Positions 28,409-38,495 of a DNA stretch of 52,190 nucleotides are shown one piece after another. Source of the stretch: a virus (lineage: Duplodnaviria; Caudoviricetes); IMG/VR virus record IMGVR_UViG_3300037493_003077, positions 1 to 52,190 of that record. One strand, given 5' to 3'. The position numbers and the translations under genes were made by a program. Numbering within the stretch: position 1 is the stretch's first letter; each line of letters starts with the position of its first letter. Below the pieces are notes generated by a model. The model made no database searches, was not told where the DNA came from, and saw nothing but the letters and a program-made list of their open reading frames with translations.

Positions 28409-29440
28409 TTAAATTATTCCTAATGCGTATAAAATTAATGGGGGTGTAAAAATATCACCAGTTCTACCATCATATGTAGAAACTCCAGCTAGTCCACCCC
28501 CAGCTCCAGATGAGTTGATTGTTATTATATTTCCAACAGAATTTATTGTAACATTGGTTCCTTGTGCCAATGTAACACCACCCGTAAATCCATTTATGGT
28601 CTGAACATATGAACCACTAATTGTTCCAGGTGTTCCGTCATTTCCTGTAGCACCTGTTGCTCCAACAACATATCCAATGGAGAATGATGCTCCGCGAATA
28701 CCAAAATTATCTACTGGTGATATCCATAAGAATCCACCAGAAAGACCAATTGCGGTATAACCAGATCCTGTAGCACCAGTATTACCTGTTGTTCCATTAT
28801 TACCAGTATTTCCAGTATTACCAGTGTTTCCTCTGATACCTGGAGAACCATCAGAACCAGTATTACCTGTATTACCTGTATTTCCTCTGATACCTGGAGA
28901 ACCATCAGTACCAGTGTTACCAGTATTTCCAGTGTTACCTCTAATACCTGGAGAACCATCAGTACCAGTATTACCAGTGTTACCTGTATTTCCTTGTATA
29001 CCTGGAGAACCAGTGTTACCTGTGTTACCAGTATTTCCAGTGTTACCTCTAATACCTGGAGAACCATCAGTACCAGTATTACCAGTGTTACCTGTATTTC
29101 CCCGTATACCTGGAGAACCATCAGTACCCGTATTACCAGTATTTCCTGTTGTTCCTAAAACATATCCTATAGAGAACGATGCTCCACGAATACCAAATCC
29201 ATCTACTGGAGAAATCCATAAGAATCCACCAGATAATCCTATAGCAGTATAACCAGATCCTGTAGCACCTGTATTTCCTGTGTTACCCGTGTTACCAGTA
29301 TTTCCAGCTGGTCCTGTTGCTCCTGTAGTACCAAAATTATCACCAACAATCAACCAAGCAGAACCATTCCAATTCCATTGAGTTCCGTTGAAAGTGTATG
29401 TTGGATTGAGGGCTGGATTTGAAGGAAAATCTAGTGGCAT
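28409..29440 (-). CDS. Collagen-like fibre protein (343 aa)
   Basis: (GNT)n and [12 protein letters not shown] triplets; two GGFLWISP modules; MPLDFP N-terminal motif. Confidence 0.85.
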   Translation of the reverse strand: MPLDFPSNPALNPTYTFNGTQWNWNGSAWLIVGDNFGTTGATGPAGNTGNTGNTGNTGATGSGYTAIGLSGGFLWISPVDGFGIRGASFSIGYVLGTTGNTGNTGTDGSPGIRGNTGNTGNTGTDGSPGIRGNTGNTGNTGNTGSPGIQGNTGNTGNTGTDGSPGIRGNTGNTGNTGTDGSPGIRGNTGNTGNTGSDGSPGIRGNTGNTGNTGNNGTTGNTGATGSGYTAIGLSGGFLWISPVDNFGIRGASFSIGYVVGATGATGNDGTPGTISGSYVQTINGFTGGVTLAQGTNVTINSVGNIITINSSGAGGGLAGVSTYDGRTGDIFTPPLILYALGII

Positions 29441-29454
29441 GGTAGTTTAATTAT

Positions 29455-29793
29455 TTATTCCCAGAATATCCTCTGAACTATATCACACGCTTCTGCTCTT
29501 GTGGATTCTTGTCCATCCCAAACAACTGCGAGTATCTCTGCTTCTTTTTGATTTGATATTGTTCTTATTGCTTGTATTGAATCTTTAATCTGTTGTGTTT
29601 CTTCATCAGACAGCAATCCAAGTGCTGCGTTTCTTTGCTTATATTCTGGAACAGCAGTGGTAATAATTTCTTTCGCCTTTTTTCTTATATGCTGCAATTG
29701 ATAAATTACACAATTATTGAAATTTCGGTTATCAATAACTATTAGATTTCCTGTAACTGTATCATGAATATGTTCTTTAAATATTTTCATCAA
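29455..29793 (-). CDS. Hypothetical protein, possible fibre chaperone
   Basis: Overlaps the stop of the collagen gene; helical, ends ...IFWE. Confidence 0.6.
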   Translation of the reverse strand: MMKIFKEHIHDTVTGNLIVIDNRNFNNCVIYQLQHIRKKAKEIITTAVPEYKQRNAALGLLSDEETQQIKDSIQAIRTISNQKEAEILAVVWDGQESTRAEACDIVQRIFWE

Positions 29794-32700
29794 AGTATCC
29801 TAAATTGCATAGATGGACATACTATTGCAATCGCTCCACTAGCATCATCAACAAATCTTACATTTGTTGCAACAGCAGGTAATGTATAACCACTACCTTC
29901 AGATGCAGCTATTGTGTTGTTATAACCAGATAATAAATCTTTTGATCCAAAGAAAGAAACCGAAGAATTTCCCTTCAATCCTTGTGCGGTTAATGTTGGA
30001 GTGCTGTCAAATACAGATGCAATCCAATAATTTCCTGGATTTAAAGTTACAAATCCACTACCATTGGTTATAGATGTGTTTACTGTTCCAGAACTAACTG
30101 CTGTAGATGGTGTACTAAACATTCTATTATTAGGCATTCCATATAAATTAATGTCATAAATTCCCATATACACATTACCAGTGGCACTAGTAGACCAACT
30201 ACTTATTCTCAATCCCTGTATTGTACACCGAGTCTGTATTACTATTGGTGCAAAATAAATTCTTTGTGCGCGTACAGGTGCTGAAGATCCACTATTATAA
30301 TTAACAGGATGATACCATACATTAGCTCCATCTTGTGTATTTGCTGTAGTTCCATCTGGGTATGTAAACAAATTTGCACTAGAAGTCATTCCATAATAGA
30401 ACTCATACACATAAGCATTTCCAGTTTTACCATTTACTCCAGTAACACCACCAGCGAATGTAATATCACCAGTTGATCCATTGAACGAAGTTACGGAATT
30501 GTGAATTCCAACAAGTGTTGTAGACACATTTGGGAATGTTATTACTGATGCAAATGTTCCACCTTCAATTGTCACATCACCACCACTAAATCCAAGAGTT
30601 CTTTGTGTTATACCACCAGAAATCAAGAATCCATCATTTGCACTGGTCATTCCTAGAATAGTAGCAACTGTAGTTCCTGCGGATGCTGTAGTTAGAGTAA
30701 TTCCTATTCCAGCAAATAGAGTTGTTCCACTACCACCAGATGTAGAAACCGTTCCCCAATAAAGTCCAGCATCGCCTCTTGTCAGTAATGCTTGACCAGT
30801 AGTTCCATTTGATGCAGGGAATGTATATCCCCAACCAGATCCATAAAATTGTATAGTTGGAGCAGTTAATTTTAATTTAACATTTGATTGAACTGTAAAT
30901 GGTGATGTTCCATTATTACCAATATAGGTAGCAGAAACAGTTGATGAGTCTGAACTAGTATTAAATTCAAGATCGGTTGCGTTCAATGAGGATGAATTCA
31001 ATCCAGTTTCTATGATAAATATCTTTGCTGTTAATGCACCAAGACTTGGAACATATGTAAATGGTGTAGCGACATCATCAATATAAATGTAAGTATTTCC
31101 AGAACCTCCAGCAAATAATGGATAGAATGTTGATGATGAATTTGTTGATCGTATATCGGTTGGACCACATGCTCCAGTAGCACCAGGGTTTCCAGTATTA
31201 CCTGTATTGCCTGTGTTACCAGTATTTCCTGTATTTCCATTGTTTCCAGTATTGCCTGTGTTTCCAGTATTTCCAGTGTTTCCCATTGACCCAACAACAT
31301 ATCCTATAGAGAATGATGCTCCGCGAATACCAAAATTATCTACTGGTGATATCCAGAGGAATCCACCAGATAATCCTATAGCAGTATAACCAGATCCTGT
31401 AGCACCAGTGTTACCAGTGTTTCCATTGTTACCAGTATTTCCAGTATTACCAGTGTTTCCATTGTTACCTGTATTGCCTGTGTTGCCAGTGTTTCCAGTA
31501 TTTCCAGTATTTCCAGTATTACCTGTGTTTCCATTATTTCCTGTATTACCTGTGTTACCAGTGTTTCCTGTATTTCCTTGAACATATCCAATGGAGAATG
31601 ATGCTCCACGAATACCAAATCCATCTATTGGTGATATCCAAAGAAACCCACCAGACAGTCCAGCGGCAGTATAACCAGATCCTGTAGCACCTGTGTTACC
31701 AGTGTTACCAGTATTTCCCGTAGAACCTGTGTTTCCCGTAGAACCTGTGTTTCCCGTAGAACCTGCAACAGTTCCTACACTAGAAGATATTGTAAATGTA
31801 TTTCCTGTCTGAGTGATTGTTATAAACGATCCAGCAGAAATACCAACATTTCCAGTTTTTCCATTGAATAGAGCAACATAATCACCAGAGACTACTCCAC
31901 TCGGACCAGTTGCTCCTTGAGGACCAGGAATTCCTTTAAGGAATTGAACCCATTGAGAAGAATCTCCGTCATAAAAATAAGTGAGCAATGCTCCAGTATT
32001 GCTATCTAACCATTGATCTCCACCAGTTGGATTGGAAGGAGCAGTTGCACCAAAAGCAAAATTAACACCACCAGATGGACCTTGAGAACCAGCAGTACCA
32101 GTATTTCCTGTGTTACCTGTATTTCCTTGAATACCTGGAGAACCAGTATTTCCTGTGTTACCTTGAATACCTGGAGAACCAGTATTTCCTGTGTTACCTT
32201 GAATACCTGGAGAACCAGTATTTCCTGTGTTACCTTGAATACCTGGAGAACCAGTATTTCCTGTATTTCCTTGAATACCTGGAGAACCAGTATTTCCTGT
32301 GTTACCTGTATTTCCTTGAATACCTGGAGAACCAGTATTTCCTGTATTTCCTTGAATACCTGGAGAACCAGTATTTCCTGTGTTACCTGTATTTCCTTGA
32401 ATACCTGGAGAACCAGTATTACCAGTATTACCTGTATTTCCTTGAATACCTGGAGAACCAGTATTACCAGTATTACCTGTATTTCCTTGAATACCTGGAG
32501 AACCAGTATTTCCTGTGTTACCTTGAATACCTGGAGAACCATCAGAACCAGTGTTACCAGTATTTCCTGTGTTACCTTGAATACCTGAAGAACCAGTATT
32601 TCCTGTGTTACCAGTGTTACCTTGAATACCTGGAGAACCAGTATTTCCTGTGTTACCTCTTATACCTTGAACACCATCAGTACCTGTATTTCCAGTATTA

Positions 32701-33113
32701 CCAGTATTTCCTCGTATACCTTGAGCACCATCAGAACCAGTATTACCAGTGTTACCTCTTATGCCTTGAGCACCATCAGTACCTGTATTACCAGTATTAC
32801 CAGTTGATCCTAAAACATATCCTATAGAGAATGATGCTCCACGAACTCCAGTATTACTTACAGGAGAAACCCAAAGGAACCCACCAGAAAGACCAATTGC
32901 AGTATAACCAGAACCAGTAGCACCTGTAGAACCTGTATTTCCTCGTATACCTTGAGCACCAGCACCACCAGCAATTGCTGGACCCAATGGAGCAGCAACC
33001 AATACTGTGGATGGTAATGTGTTGTTGACTACTAAGTTATTAGCAGAACTCTCCGTAACAATTGTGTTCGGAGGAATTTGAGTTACTACCAGTATTGGTT
33101 TCTCTTCTGCCAT
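29790..33113 (-). CDS. Collagen-like fibre protein (1107 aa)
   Basis: Long Gly-X-Y tract ([12 protein letters not shown])n, three GGFLW modules, globular C-terminal domain. Confidence 0.87.
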   Translation of the reverse strand: MAEEKPILVVTQIPPNTIVTESSANNLVVNNTLPSTVLVAAPLGPAIAGGAGAQGIRGNTGSTGATGSGYTAIGLSGGFLWVSPVSNTGVRGASFSIGYVLGSTGNTGNTGTDGAQGIRGNTGNTGSDGAQGIRGNTGNTGNTGTDGVQGIRGNTGNTGSPGIQGNTGNTGNTGSSGIQGNTGNTGNTGSDGSPGIQGNTGNTGSPGIQGNTGNTGNTGSPGIQGNTGNTGNTGSPGIQGNTGNTGNTGSPGIQGNTGNTGSPGIQGNTGNTGNTGSPGIQGNTGNTGSPGIQGNTGNTGSPGIQGNTGNTGSPGIQGNTGNTGSPGIQGNTGNTGNTGTAGSQGPSGGVNFAFGATAPSNPTGGDQWLDSNTGALLTYFYDGDSSQWVQFLKGIPGPQGATGPSGVVSGDYVALFNGKTGNVGISAGSFITITQTGNTFTISSSVGTVAGSTGNTGSTGNTGSTGNTGNTGNTGATGSGYTAAGLSGGFLWISPIDGFGIRGASFSIGYVQGNTGNTGNTGNTGNNGNTGNTGNTGNTGNTGNTGNTGNNGNTGNTGNTGNNGNTGNTGATGSGYTAIGLSGGFLWISPVDNFGIRGASFSIGYVVGSMGNTGNTGNTGNTGNNGNTGNTGNTGNTGNTGNPGATGACGPTDIRSTNSSSTFYPLFAGGSGNTYIYIDDVATPFTYVPSLGALTAKIFIIETGLNSSSLNATDLEFNTSSDSSTVSATYIGNNGTSPFTVQSNVKLKLTAPTIQFYGSGWGYTFPASNGTTGQALLTRGDAGLYWGTVSTSGGSGTTLFAGIGITLTTASAGTTVATILGMTSANDGFLISGGITQRTLGFSGGDVTIEGGTFASVITFPNVSTTLVGIHNSVTSFNGSTGDITFAGGVTGVNGKTGNAYVYEFYYGMTSSANLFTYPDGTTANTQDGANVWYHPVNYNSGSSAPVRAQRIYFAPIVIQTRCTIQGLRISSWSTSATGNVYMGIYDINLYGMPNNRMFSTPSTAVSSGTVNTSITNGSGFVTLNPGNYWIASVFDSTPTLTAQGLKGNSSVSFFGSKDLLSGYNNTIAASEGSGYTLPAVATNVRFVDDASGAIAIVCPSMQFRIL
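32090..32800. repeat. Coding tandem array of 27/36-bp units
   Basis: Many near-perfect copies of CTTGAATACCTGGAGAACCAGTATT with a variable number of 9-bp GNT units. Confidence 0.9.
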
Positions 33114-33116
33114 CTT

Positions 33117-33548
33117 TTATGCTCTCGTAATTTCTCTTGAGACTTCAAATGAACCTTCCATAAGTCTCATCACTTCATTGAGCGAGTTCTTTAATTCAAG
33201 ATCATAAAAATGCTTTCCATTTGGAACATTAGTCATAGTATCAGCATCAACTCTTAGGAATATTCCACCAGTAAATGATGCTGCTCCAGAAATAGAAGTA
33301 TTGAAACTAATTCCACCAATACCAGCAATTCCACTACCAATAGCAAATTCTCCAGTAATACCACCACCAGTAACACCATTTTGAGTTAAGAATAAAATAA
33401 CATTTGGATCTTTTGAGGATCTTCGGACTTGCATTCTTCCTGTAAAATTTCCAATATCAATTCCAGTTCCACCAGAAAATTTATAATGCAAATGCAACTT
33501 AAATGTTGCACCCTGATCTGCTTGTATATCGTACCGTGATGCTGGCAT
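33117..33548 (-). CDS. Phage structural protein (DQGATF..YDLE type, possible fibre anchor)
   Basis: YDIQADQGATF, MQVRRS, YDLEL, RLMEGSFEVSREITR. Confidence 0.72.
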   Translation of the reverse strand: MPASRYDIQADQGATFKLHLHYKFSGGTGIDIGNFTGRMQVRRSSKDPNVILFLTQNGVTGGGITGEFAIGSGIAGIGGISFNTSISGAASFTGGIFLRVDADTMTNVPNGKHFYDLELKNSLNEVMRLMEGSFEVSREITRA

Positions 33549-33563
33549 ATAATTTCTCCGTTA

Positions 33564-33571
33564 TATTTATA
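33564..33571 (-). promoter_or_regulatory. T4-type late promoter TATAAATA
   Basis: Exact match, followed by GGAGA RBS and ATG 33548. Confidence 0.75.
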
Positions 33572-33577
33572 TAATAA

Positions 33578-34129
33578 TTATGTGTCTGCTGTACCTGTAA
33601 ATCCGTCTAATACCACACCTGCATTTGATTGATTACCAATTGTGAATTCATTGCTAATTGGATATCCTCCAAAAGGAGAACTCCACGCAAAATATACAAA
33701 AGCGACATAATCGTTATTATTGACGACAACTGTATCACAATCATCACTTGAGAATGCACCAGCGGCAGTAAATCCGTGTGTCATATCACACGGTAATCTA
33801 TATTGTGGATTGCCATCTATATCTTCATTAAAAGGATCAAATGTCAATCCAGCAGGAACTCCTAGACCTACAGCTTTAATATTATATAATGTAAGACCTT
33901 CTGGTAATGGGGTCGGTGATACACGATAAAACAAATAATTATTTGTGCCTCTAACCCAAGTAAAGCTTATTGTTATGGGTGAAGCAATACCAGTTATTCG
34001 TTGTTCAGATACAGTATGTTTTTGTTCAGTTGCATTATAAATAATATCTCCCCAATTAACTGATAGACTAGTGGATCCTTGAATTTTTATTGGTGTCAGA
34101 TAAGCAGGACGACAATTAGGAAGTATCAT
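33578..34129 (-). CDS. Hypothetical beta-rich fibre-associated protein
   Basis: ATGA-coupled to the collagen gene; similar to 21994..22437. Confidence 0.68.
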   Translation of the reverse strand: MILPNCRPAYLTPIKIQGSTSLSVNWGDIIYNATEQKHTVSEQRITGIASPITISFTWVRGTNNYLFYRVSPTPLPEGLTLYNIKAVGLGVPAGLTFDPFNEDIDGNPQYRLPCDMTHGFTAAGAFSSDDCDTVVVNNNDYVAFVYFAWSSPFGGYPISNEFTIGNQSNAGVVLDGFTGTADT

Positions 34130-35799
34130 CCAGTCAATCCTCCTGCCAGATTGAATGTATCGGTGGTATAAGAAATCAAACTTACAGCAGCATGTTGACC
34201 AGCAATATTTTTCTGATTCTGGAAACTATTGATTATCACACCACTAGCGGCACTTATTCCAACATTTCCAGTATTGAGACGAATAACTGTTGTTGTGTGA
34301 CCGATGGGCAATCCAGTAGGAACAGTAAGTGTGATTCCAGAAGTAGAATCCATGGTTATAATTTTGCCGCTATCTGATCCTAGCATAGTATAACTTGCTG
34401 TTTTGACATTGATTGCACCAGCTGTTATTCTATACCCAGAATCTGATGTGATACCAGAAGCAGAAATTCCACTATAAGAATTAAATGATCCAAATAAAGT
34501 CATTCCACCAGAGGCGGTGATGCCAGCATTGAATACTTGACGAACAGTAAAGGTATTTCCAAGATTGGTAAATGCCACATTTGTTATAGCACCTGTAGCA
34601 CCATTGATTGATGTAACACCTTGAATATTACCAGTTCTTCCATTGAATGTAATGACATAATCCCCAACTGGACCTGTAGCACCCGTGTTTCCCGTTGACC
34701 CAACAACATATCCTATAGAGAATGATGCTCCACGAATACCAAATCCATCTATAGGTGATATCCAAAGGAACCCACCAGACAGTCCAGCGGCGGTATATCC
34801 ATAACCAGTAGCACCTGTGTTACCAGTATTACCTGTATTTCCAGTATTGCCTGTATTTCCATTGTTACCTGTATTTCCTGTATTGCCTGTGTTACCCGTT
34901 GACCCAACAACATATCCTATAGAGAATGATGCTCCACGAATACCAAATCCATCTATAGGTGATATCCATAAGAATCCACCAGAAAGACCAGCGGCGGTAT
35001 ATCCATAACCAGTTGCTCCAGTAGCACCTGTGTTTCCTGTGTTACCATTATTGCCTGTATTGCCAGTGTTACCAGTCCCACCAGCACCACCAATAATAGC
35101 AATCGTATAGGTGTTTCCAGATTTGTTTAGAGTGATTCCAGAACCAGCAGAGATCCCAACAGCACCAGTACTTCCATTTATTGAAGCAACATACTGCAAA
35201 TTGCTATTCAGTAATGTTCCTGTGGTCGCTGGCAGAGTATGATCTAAATTTTCAGTCTGTGAAGCCTGTGGTTTAATGTTATTGTTATATGAAGTTTCAC
35301 TTCCATCAGATCCCTGTAGTCTGAGTGTAGCATTCGCTCCTGGCAGAACATTGGTTGCAATAGTCAGCAGTGCTGCTGCATTCTGAACTGTCGTGGCAGT
35401 TGATGCAAGAGTGGTGAGACTTCCACCAAAATAATTCTGTCCATTGTTCGAGGGATTGAATGATGCTATAGAAGATACAGTTATAGAAGCAGAGGTAATG
35501 CCAGCATTCATTACTTGTTTGACAGTAAATGTATTTCCAAGATTTGTAAATGCCACATTTATTATAGCACCTGTAGCACCATTGATTGATGTGACACCTT
35601 GAATGTTACCAGTTCTTCCATTGAATGTAATGACATAATCACCAACTGGACCAGTTGCTCCAGTATTACCAGTAGCACCAGTGTTACCCAAAAGTGGAGT
35701 AGAATAAACTGTCCACGAATCACCAGTCCACTTCCAAGAAGAAGTGCCAAAGGTATAAATGTAATTCAGTGCTGGGGATGGAGGGAAATCTAATGGCAT
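34126..35799 (-). CDS. Collagen-like fibre protein (557 aa)
   Basis: MPLDFP N-terminus, GNT tracts, two GGFLWISP modules, C-terminal TASYT..SDSGK..TLTVP..LAGGL domain. Confidence 0.85.
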   Translation of the reverse strand: MPLDFPPSPALNYIYTFGTSSWKWTGDSWTVYSTPLLGNTGATGNTGATGPVGDYVITFNGRTGNIQGVTSINGATGAIINVAFTNLGNTFTVKQVMNAGITSASITVSSIASFNPSNNGQNYFGGSLTTLASTATTVQNAAALLTIATNVLPGANATLRLQGSDGSETSYNNNIKPQASQTENLDHTLPATTGTLLNSNLQYVASINGSTGAVGISAGSGITLNKSGNTYTIAIIGGAGGTGNTGNTGNNGNTGNTGATGATGYGYTAAGLSGGFLWISPIDGFGIRGASFSIGYVVGSTGNTGNTGNTGNNGNTGNTGNTGNTGNTGATGYGYTAAGLSGGFLWISPIDGFGIRGASFSIGYVVGSTGNTGATGPVGDYVITFNGRTGNIQGVTSINGATGAITNVAFTNLGNTFTVRQVFNAGITASGGMTLFGSFNSYSGISASGITSDSGYRITAGAINVKTASYTMLGSDSGKIITMDSTSGITLTVPTGLPIGHTTTVIRLNTGNVGISAASGVIINSFQNQKNIAGQHAAVSLISYTTDTFNLAGGLTG

Positions 35800-35813
35800 C
35801 TATTATCCTTTAA

Positions 35814-35821
35814 TATTTATA
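35814..35821 (-). promoter_or_regulatory. T4-type late promoter TATAAATA
   Basis: Exact match, followed by AAGGA RBS and ATG 35799. Confidence 0.75.
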
Positions 35822-35833
35822 GTTCATAACGAA

Positions 35834-38467
35834 TTACCAAGAGGAAATTGCTGCGCGTTTCCAAGTGTTTGTTCCAATGCAGACATAGATGTAGTTCGTG
35901 TCGTAAACAATGTCTCCCGTTGTACCTGTCGCACTAGCGGAGGTGGGAGTTAACTCGTAAAGTCTTTGACTACCTTGAGATGCAGCATTTAATGGTTGAA
36001 CCCATTGTGGAGAATCACCATCGTAGATATATACAAATTCAATTCCTGTGTTGGAATTCATCCACCTATCGCCAGTAGTTATACCAGAATTCGGAGCAGC
36101 AGATTGATAATAGAATATTGGTCCTTGGCCTGTAGCACCTGTGTTTCCAGTATTTCCTTGAACATATCCAATGGAGAATGATGCTCCACGAATACCAAAT
36201 CCATCTATAGGGGATATCCATAAGAATCCACCAGACAGTCCAGCGGCGGTATATCCATAACCAGTAGCACCTGTGTTTCCAGTGTTACCTGTATTTCCAG
36301 TATTGCCTGTATTACCAGTGTTTCCATTGTTGCCTGTATTTCCAGTATTTCCAGTATTACCAGTGTTTCCTTGAACATATCCTATAGAGAATGATGCTCC
36401 GCGAATACCAAATCCATCCACTGGAGATATCCAAAGAAATCCACCAGAAATACCAGCGGCAGTATATCCATAACCAGTAGCACCAGTAGTTCCAGTGTTT
36501 CCATTGTTACCTGTATTACCAGTATTTCCTTGAACATATCCTACACTAAAGGAAGCACCTTTAGTACCAAGATTATTTGTCGAACTAATCCAAAGGAATC
36601 CACCAGATATACCAATTGCAGTATATCCAGATCCTGTAGCACCTGCATTACCAGTATTACCTGTGTTACCAGTATTTCCTGTGTTTCCTGTGTTTCCAGT
36701 ATTGCCAGTATTGCCAGTATTGCCTGTGTTACCAGTGTTACCCTGAACATATCCAATGGAGAATGATGCTCCACGAATACCAAATCCATCTATAGGTGAT
36801 ATCCAAAGGAACCCACCAGAAATACCAGCGGCAGTATATCCATAACCAGTTGCTCCAGTAGCACCTGTGTTTCCATTGTTACCAGTGTTTCCAGTGTTAC
36901 CAGCATTTCCTGCATTACCAGTATTTCCTGTGTTTCCTGTGTTTCCCGTATTGCCAGTATTACCAGTGTTTCCCGTATTTCCTTGAACATATCCAATGGA
37001 GAATGATGCTCCACGAATACCAAATCCATCTATAGGTGATATCCAAAGGAACCCACCAGAAATACCAGCAGCAGTATATCCATAACCAGTAGCACCTGTG
37101 TTACCAGTGTTTCCATTGTTACCAGTATTTCCAGTATTACCAGTGTTTCCATTGTTGCCTGTATTTCCAGTATTACCAGTGTTTCCCGTATTGCCTGTAT
37201 TACCAGTGTTTCCAGTATTACCCGTAACAGTTCCTACACTAGAAGATATTGTAAATGTATTTCCAGTTTGCGTGATTGTTATAAACTCTCCAGCAGAAAT
37301 ACCAACTATACCCGTTTTTCCTGTAAATGAATTTACAATATTTGGTGCGTAAATATTACCAGTAAATGTAGCACCAGAAATTGGAACATTCACATTCATG
37401 ACTGTTGAATTGATATTTAAAAGGTTAGATCCAGTATTACTGACTCCGTTATAGATGGTAAAAAGTCCATCAGATTGATAAAGAAATGTATTAAATGTTG
37501 TCGTGGAATAATTACCCAATCTGATAGCACCAATTCGTGATTGACCTGTAGTGGAAACCTTTAATGCTCCAGTACTTGAATGTTGAACATATAATGGATC
37601 AACATTTGCTGTATTGTTTTGTATATAAACTGTAGCATTACTGAAAGAAATTCCAGATGTAGCACTAATACCAGAATTAAATACTTGAATAACACTAAAG
37701 GTATTTCCAAGATTTGTAAATGCCACATTTGTTATAGCACCTGTAGCACCATTGATTGATGTTACACCTTGAATGTCACCCGTTCTTCCATTGAATGTAG
37801 CGACATAATCTCCAACTGGACCTGTAGCACCAGTATTTCCTTGAATGCCTGGAGAACCATCAGTACCCGTATTACCAGTATTTCCTGTGTTACCTGTATT
37901 TCCTTGAATACCTGGAGAACCAGTATTTCCTGTATTACCTGTATTTCCTTGAATACCTGGAGAACCAGTATTTCCAGTGTTACCTTGAATACCTGGAGAA
38001 CCAGTATTTCCAGTGTTACCAGTTACACCTGCTGCACCTGCTGCACCTGCTGCACCTGCTGGGCCCACTGTTCCAGCATTTAATGGTTGAACCCATTGTG
38101 GAGAGTCACCATCGTAGATATATACAAATTCAATTCCTGTGTCAGAATCCATCCACCTGTCGCCAGTAGTTATACCAGAAGTTGGACCAGCAGATTGATA
38201 ATAGAATATTGTTCCTTGACCAGCAGTACCAGTAGTGGCAATTGTTATAATTCCACCAGTACCACTTAGAGTGATACCAGACCCCGCTGAGAGCGTGACC
38301 CCACCAATGAATCCGTTTATGGATATTACATAAGGACCACTAATACCACCAGAACCCCCTGTGCTAGTTCCTAGATCTAGTCTATCCCACGCGATGCCAT
38401 TATATGACCACACACGACTATTAACGCCGTGTGTGGTTCCTGAAATTGGATTTATTGGAAATGCCAT
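35834..38467 (-). CDS. Collagen-like fibre protein (877 aa)
   Basis: Five GGFLWIS modules separated by GNT tracts; duplicated GDRWM..QWVQP domain; C-terminal [21 protein letters not shown]. Confidence 0.87.
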   Translation of the reverse strand: MAFPINPISGTTHGVNSRVWSYNGIAWDRLDLGTSTGGSGGISGPYVISINGFIGGVTLSAGSGITLSGTGGIITIATTGTAGQGTIFYYQSAGPTSGITTGDRWMDSDTGIEFVYIYDGDSPQWVQPLNAGTVGPAGAAGAAGAAGVTGNTGNTGSPGIQGNTGNTGSPGIQGNTGNTGNTGSPGIQGNTGNTGNTGNTGTDGSPGIQGNTGATGPVGDYVATFNGRTGDIQGVTSINGATGAITNVAFTNLGNTFSVIQVFNSGISATSGISFSNATVYIQNNTANVDPLYVQHSSTGALKVSTTGQSRIGAIRLGNYSTTTFNTFLYQSDGLFTIYNGVSNTGSNLLNINSTVMNVNVPISGATFTGNIYAPNIVNSFTGKTGIVGISAGEFITITQTGNTFTISSSVGTVTGNTGNTGNTGNTGNTGNTGNTGNNGNTGNTGNTGNNGNTGNTGATGYGYTAAGISGGFLWISPIDGFGIRGASFSIGYVQGNTGNTGNTGNTGNTGNTGNTGNAGNAGNTGNTGNNGNTGATGATGYGYTAAGISGGFLWISPIDGFGIRGASFSIGYVQGNTGNTGNTGNTGNTGNTGNTGNTGNTGNTGNAGATGSGYTAIGISGGFLWISSTNNLGTKGASFSVGYVQGNTGNTGNNGNTGTTGATGYGYTAAGISGGFLWISPVDGFGIRGASFSIGYVQGNTGNTGNTGNTGNNGNTGNTGNTGNTGNTGNTGATGYGYTAAGLSGGFLWISPIDGFGIRGASFSIGYVQGNTGNTGATGQGPIFYYQSAAPNSGITTGDRWMNSNTGIEFVYIYDGDSPQWVQPLNAASQGSQRLYELTPTSASATGTTGDIVYDTNYIYVCIGTNTWKRAAISSW

Positions 38468-38482
38468 AGTTTACTATAGCAC

Positions 38483-38490
38483 TATTTATA
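38483..38490 (-). promoter_or_regulatory. T4-type late promoter TATAAATA
   Basis: Exact intergenic match 15 nt before ATG 38467. Confidence 0.75.
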
Positions 38491-38495
38491 CAAAA

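Noticed and set aside
24318-29459. AATAAATA near-late-promoter matches at about 24318 and 29452 (also an intragenic TATAAATA at 44295)
   Set aside because: Plausible, but non-consensus or intragenic in AT-rich DNA, so chance occurrence cannot be excluded
32006-32827. Long alternative-frame ORFs over collagen tracts (e.g. 32075..32827+, 32013..32588+, 32006..32542-, 28824..29252+)
   Set aside because: These are shadow frames of 9-nt-period repeats that happen to lack stops; their translations are repetitive and implausible
28700-38050. CRISPR-like regular repeats
   Set aside because: The repeats are coding Gly-X-Y units without unique spacers, and no cas genes are present
28409-38467. Diversity-generating retroelement (TR/VR pairs) among near-identical fibre modules
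   Set aside because: No reverse transcriptase in the window; all copies are coding and the differences do not appear adenine-specific
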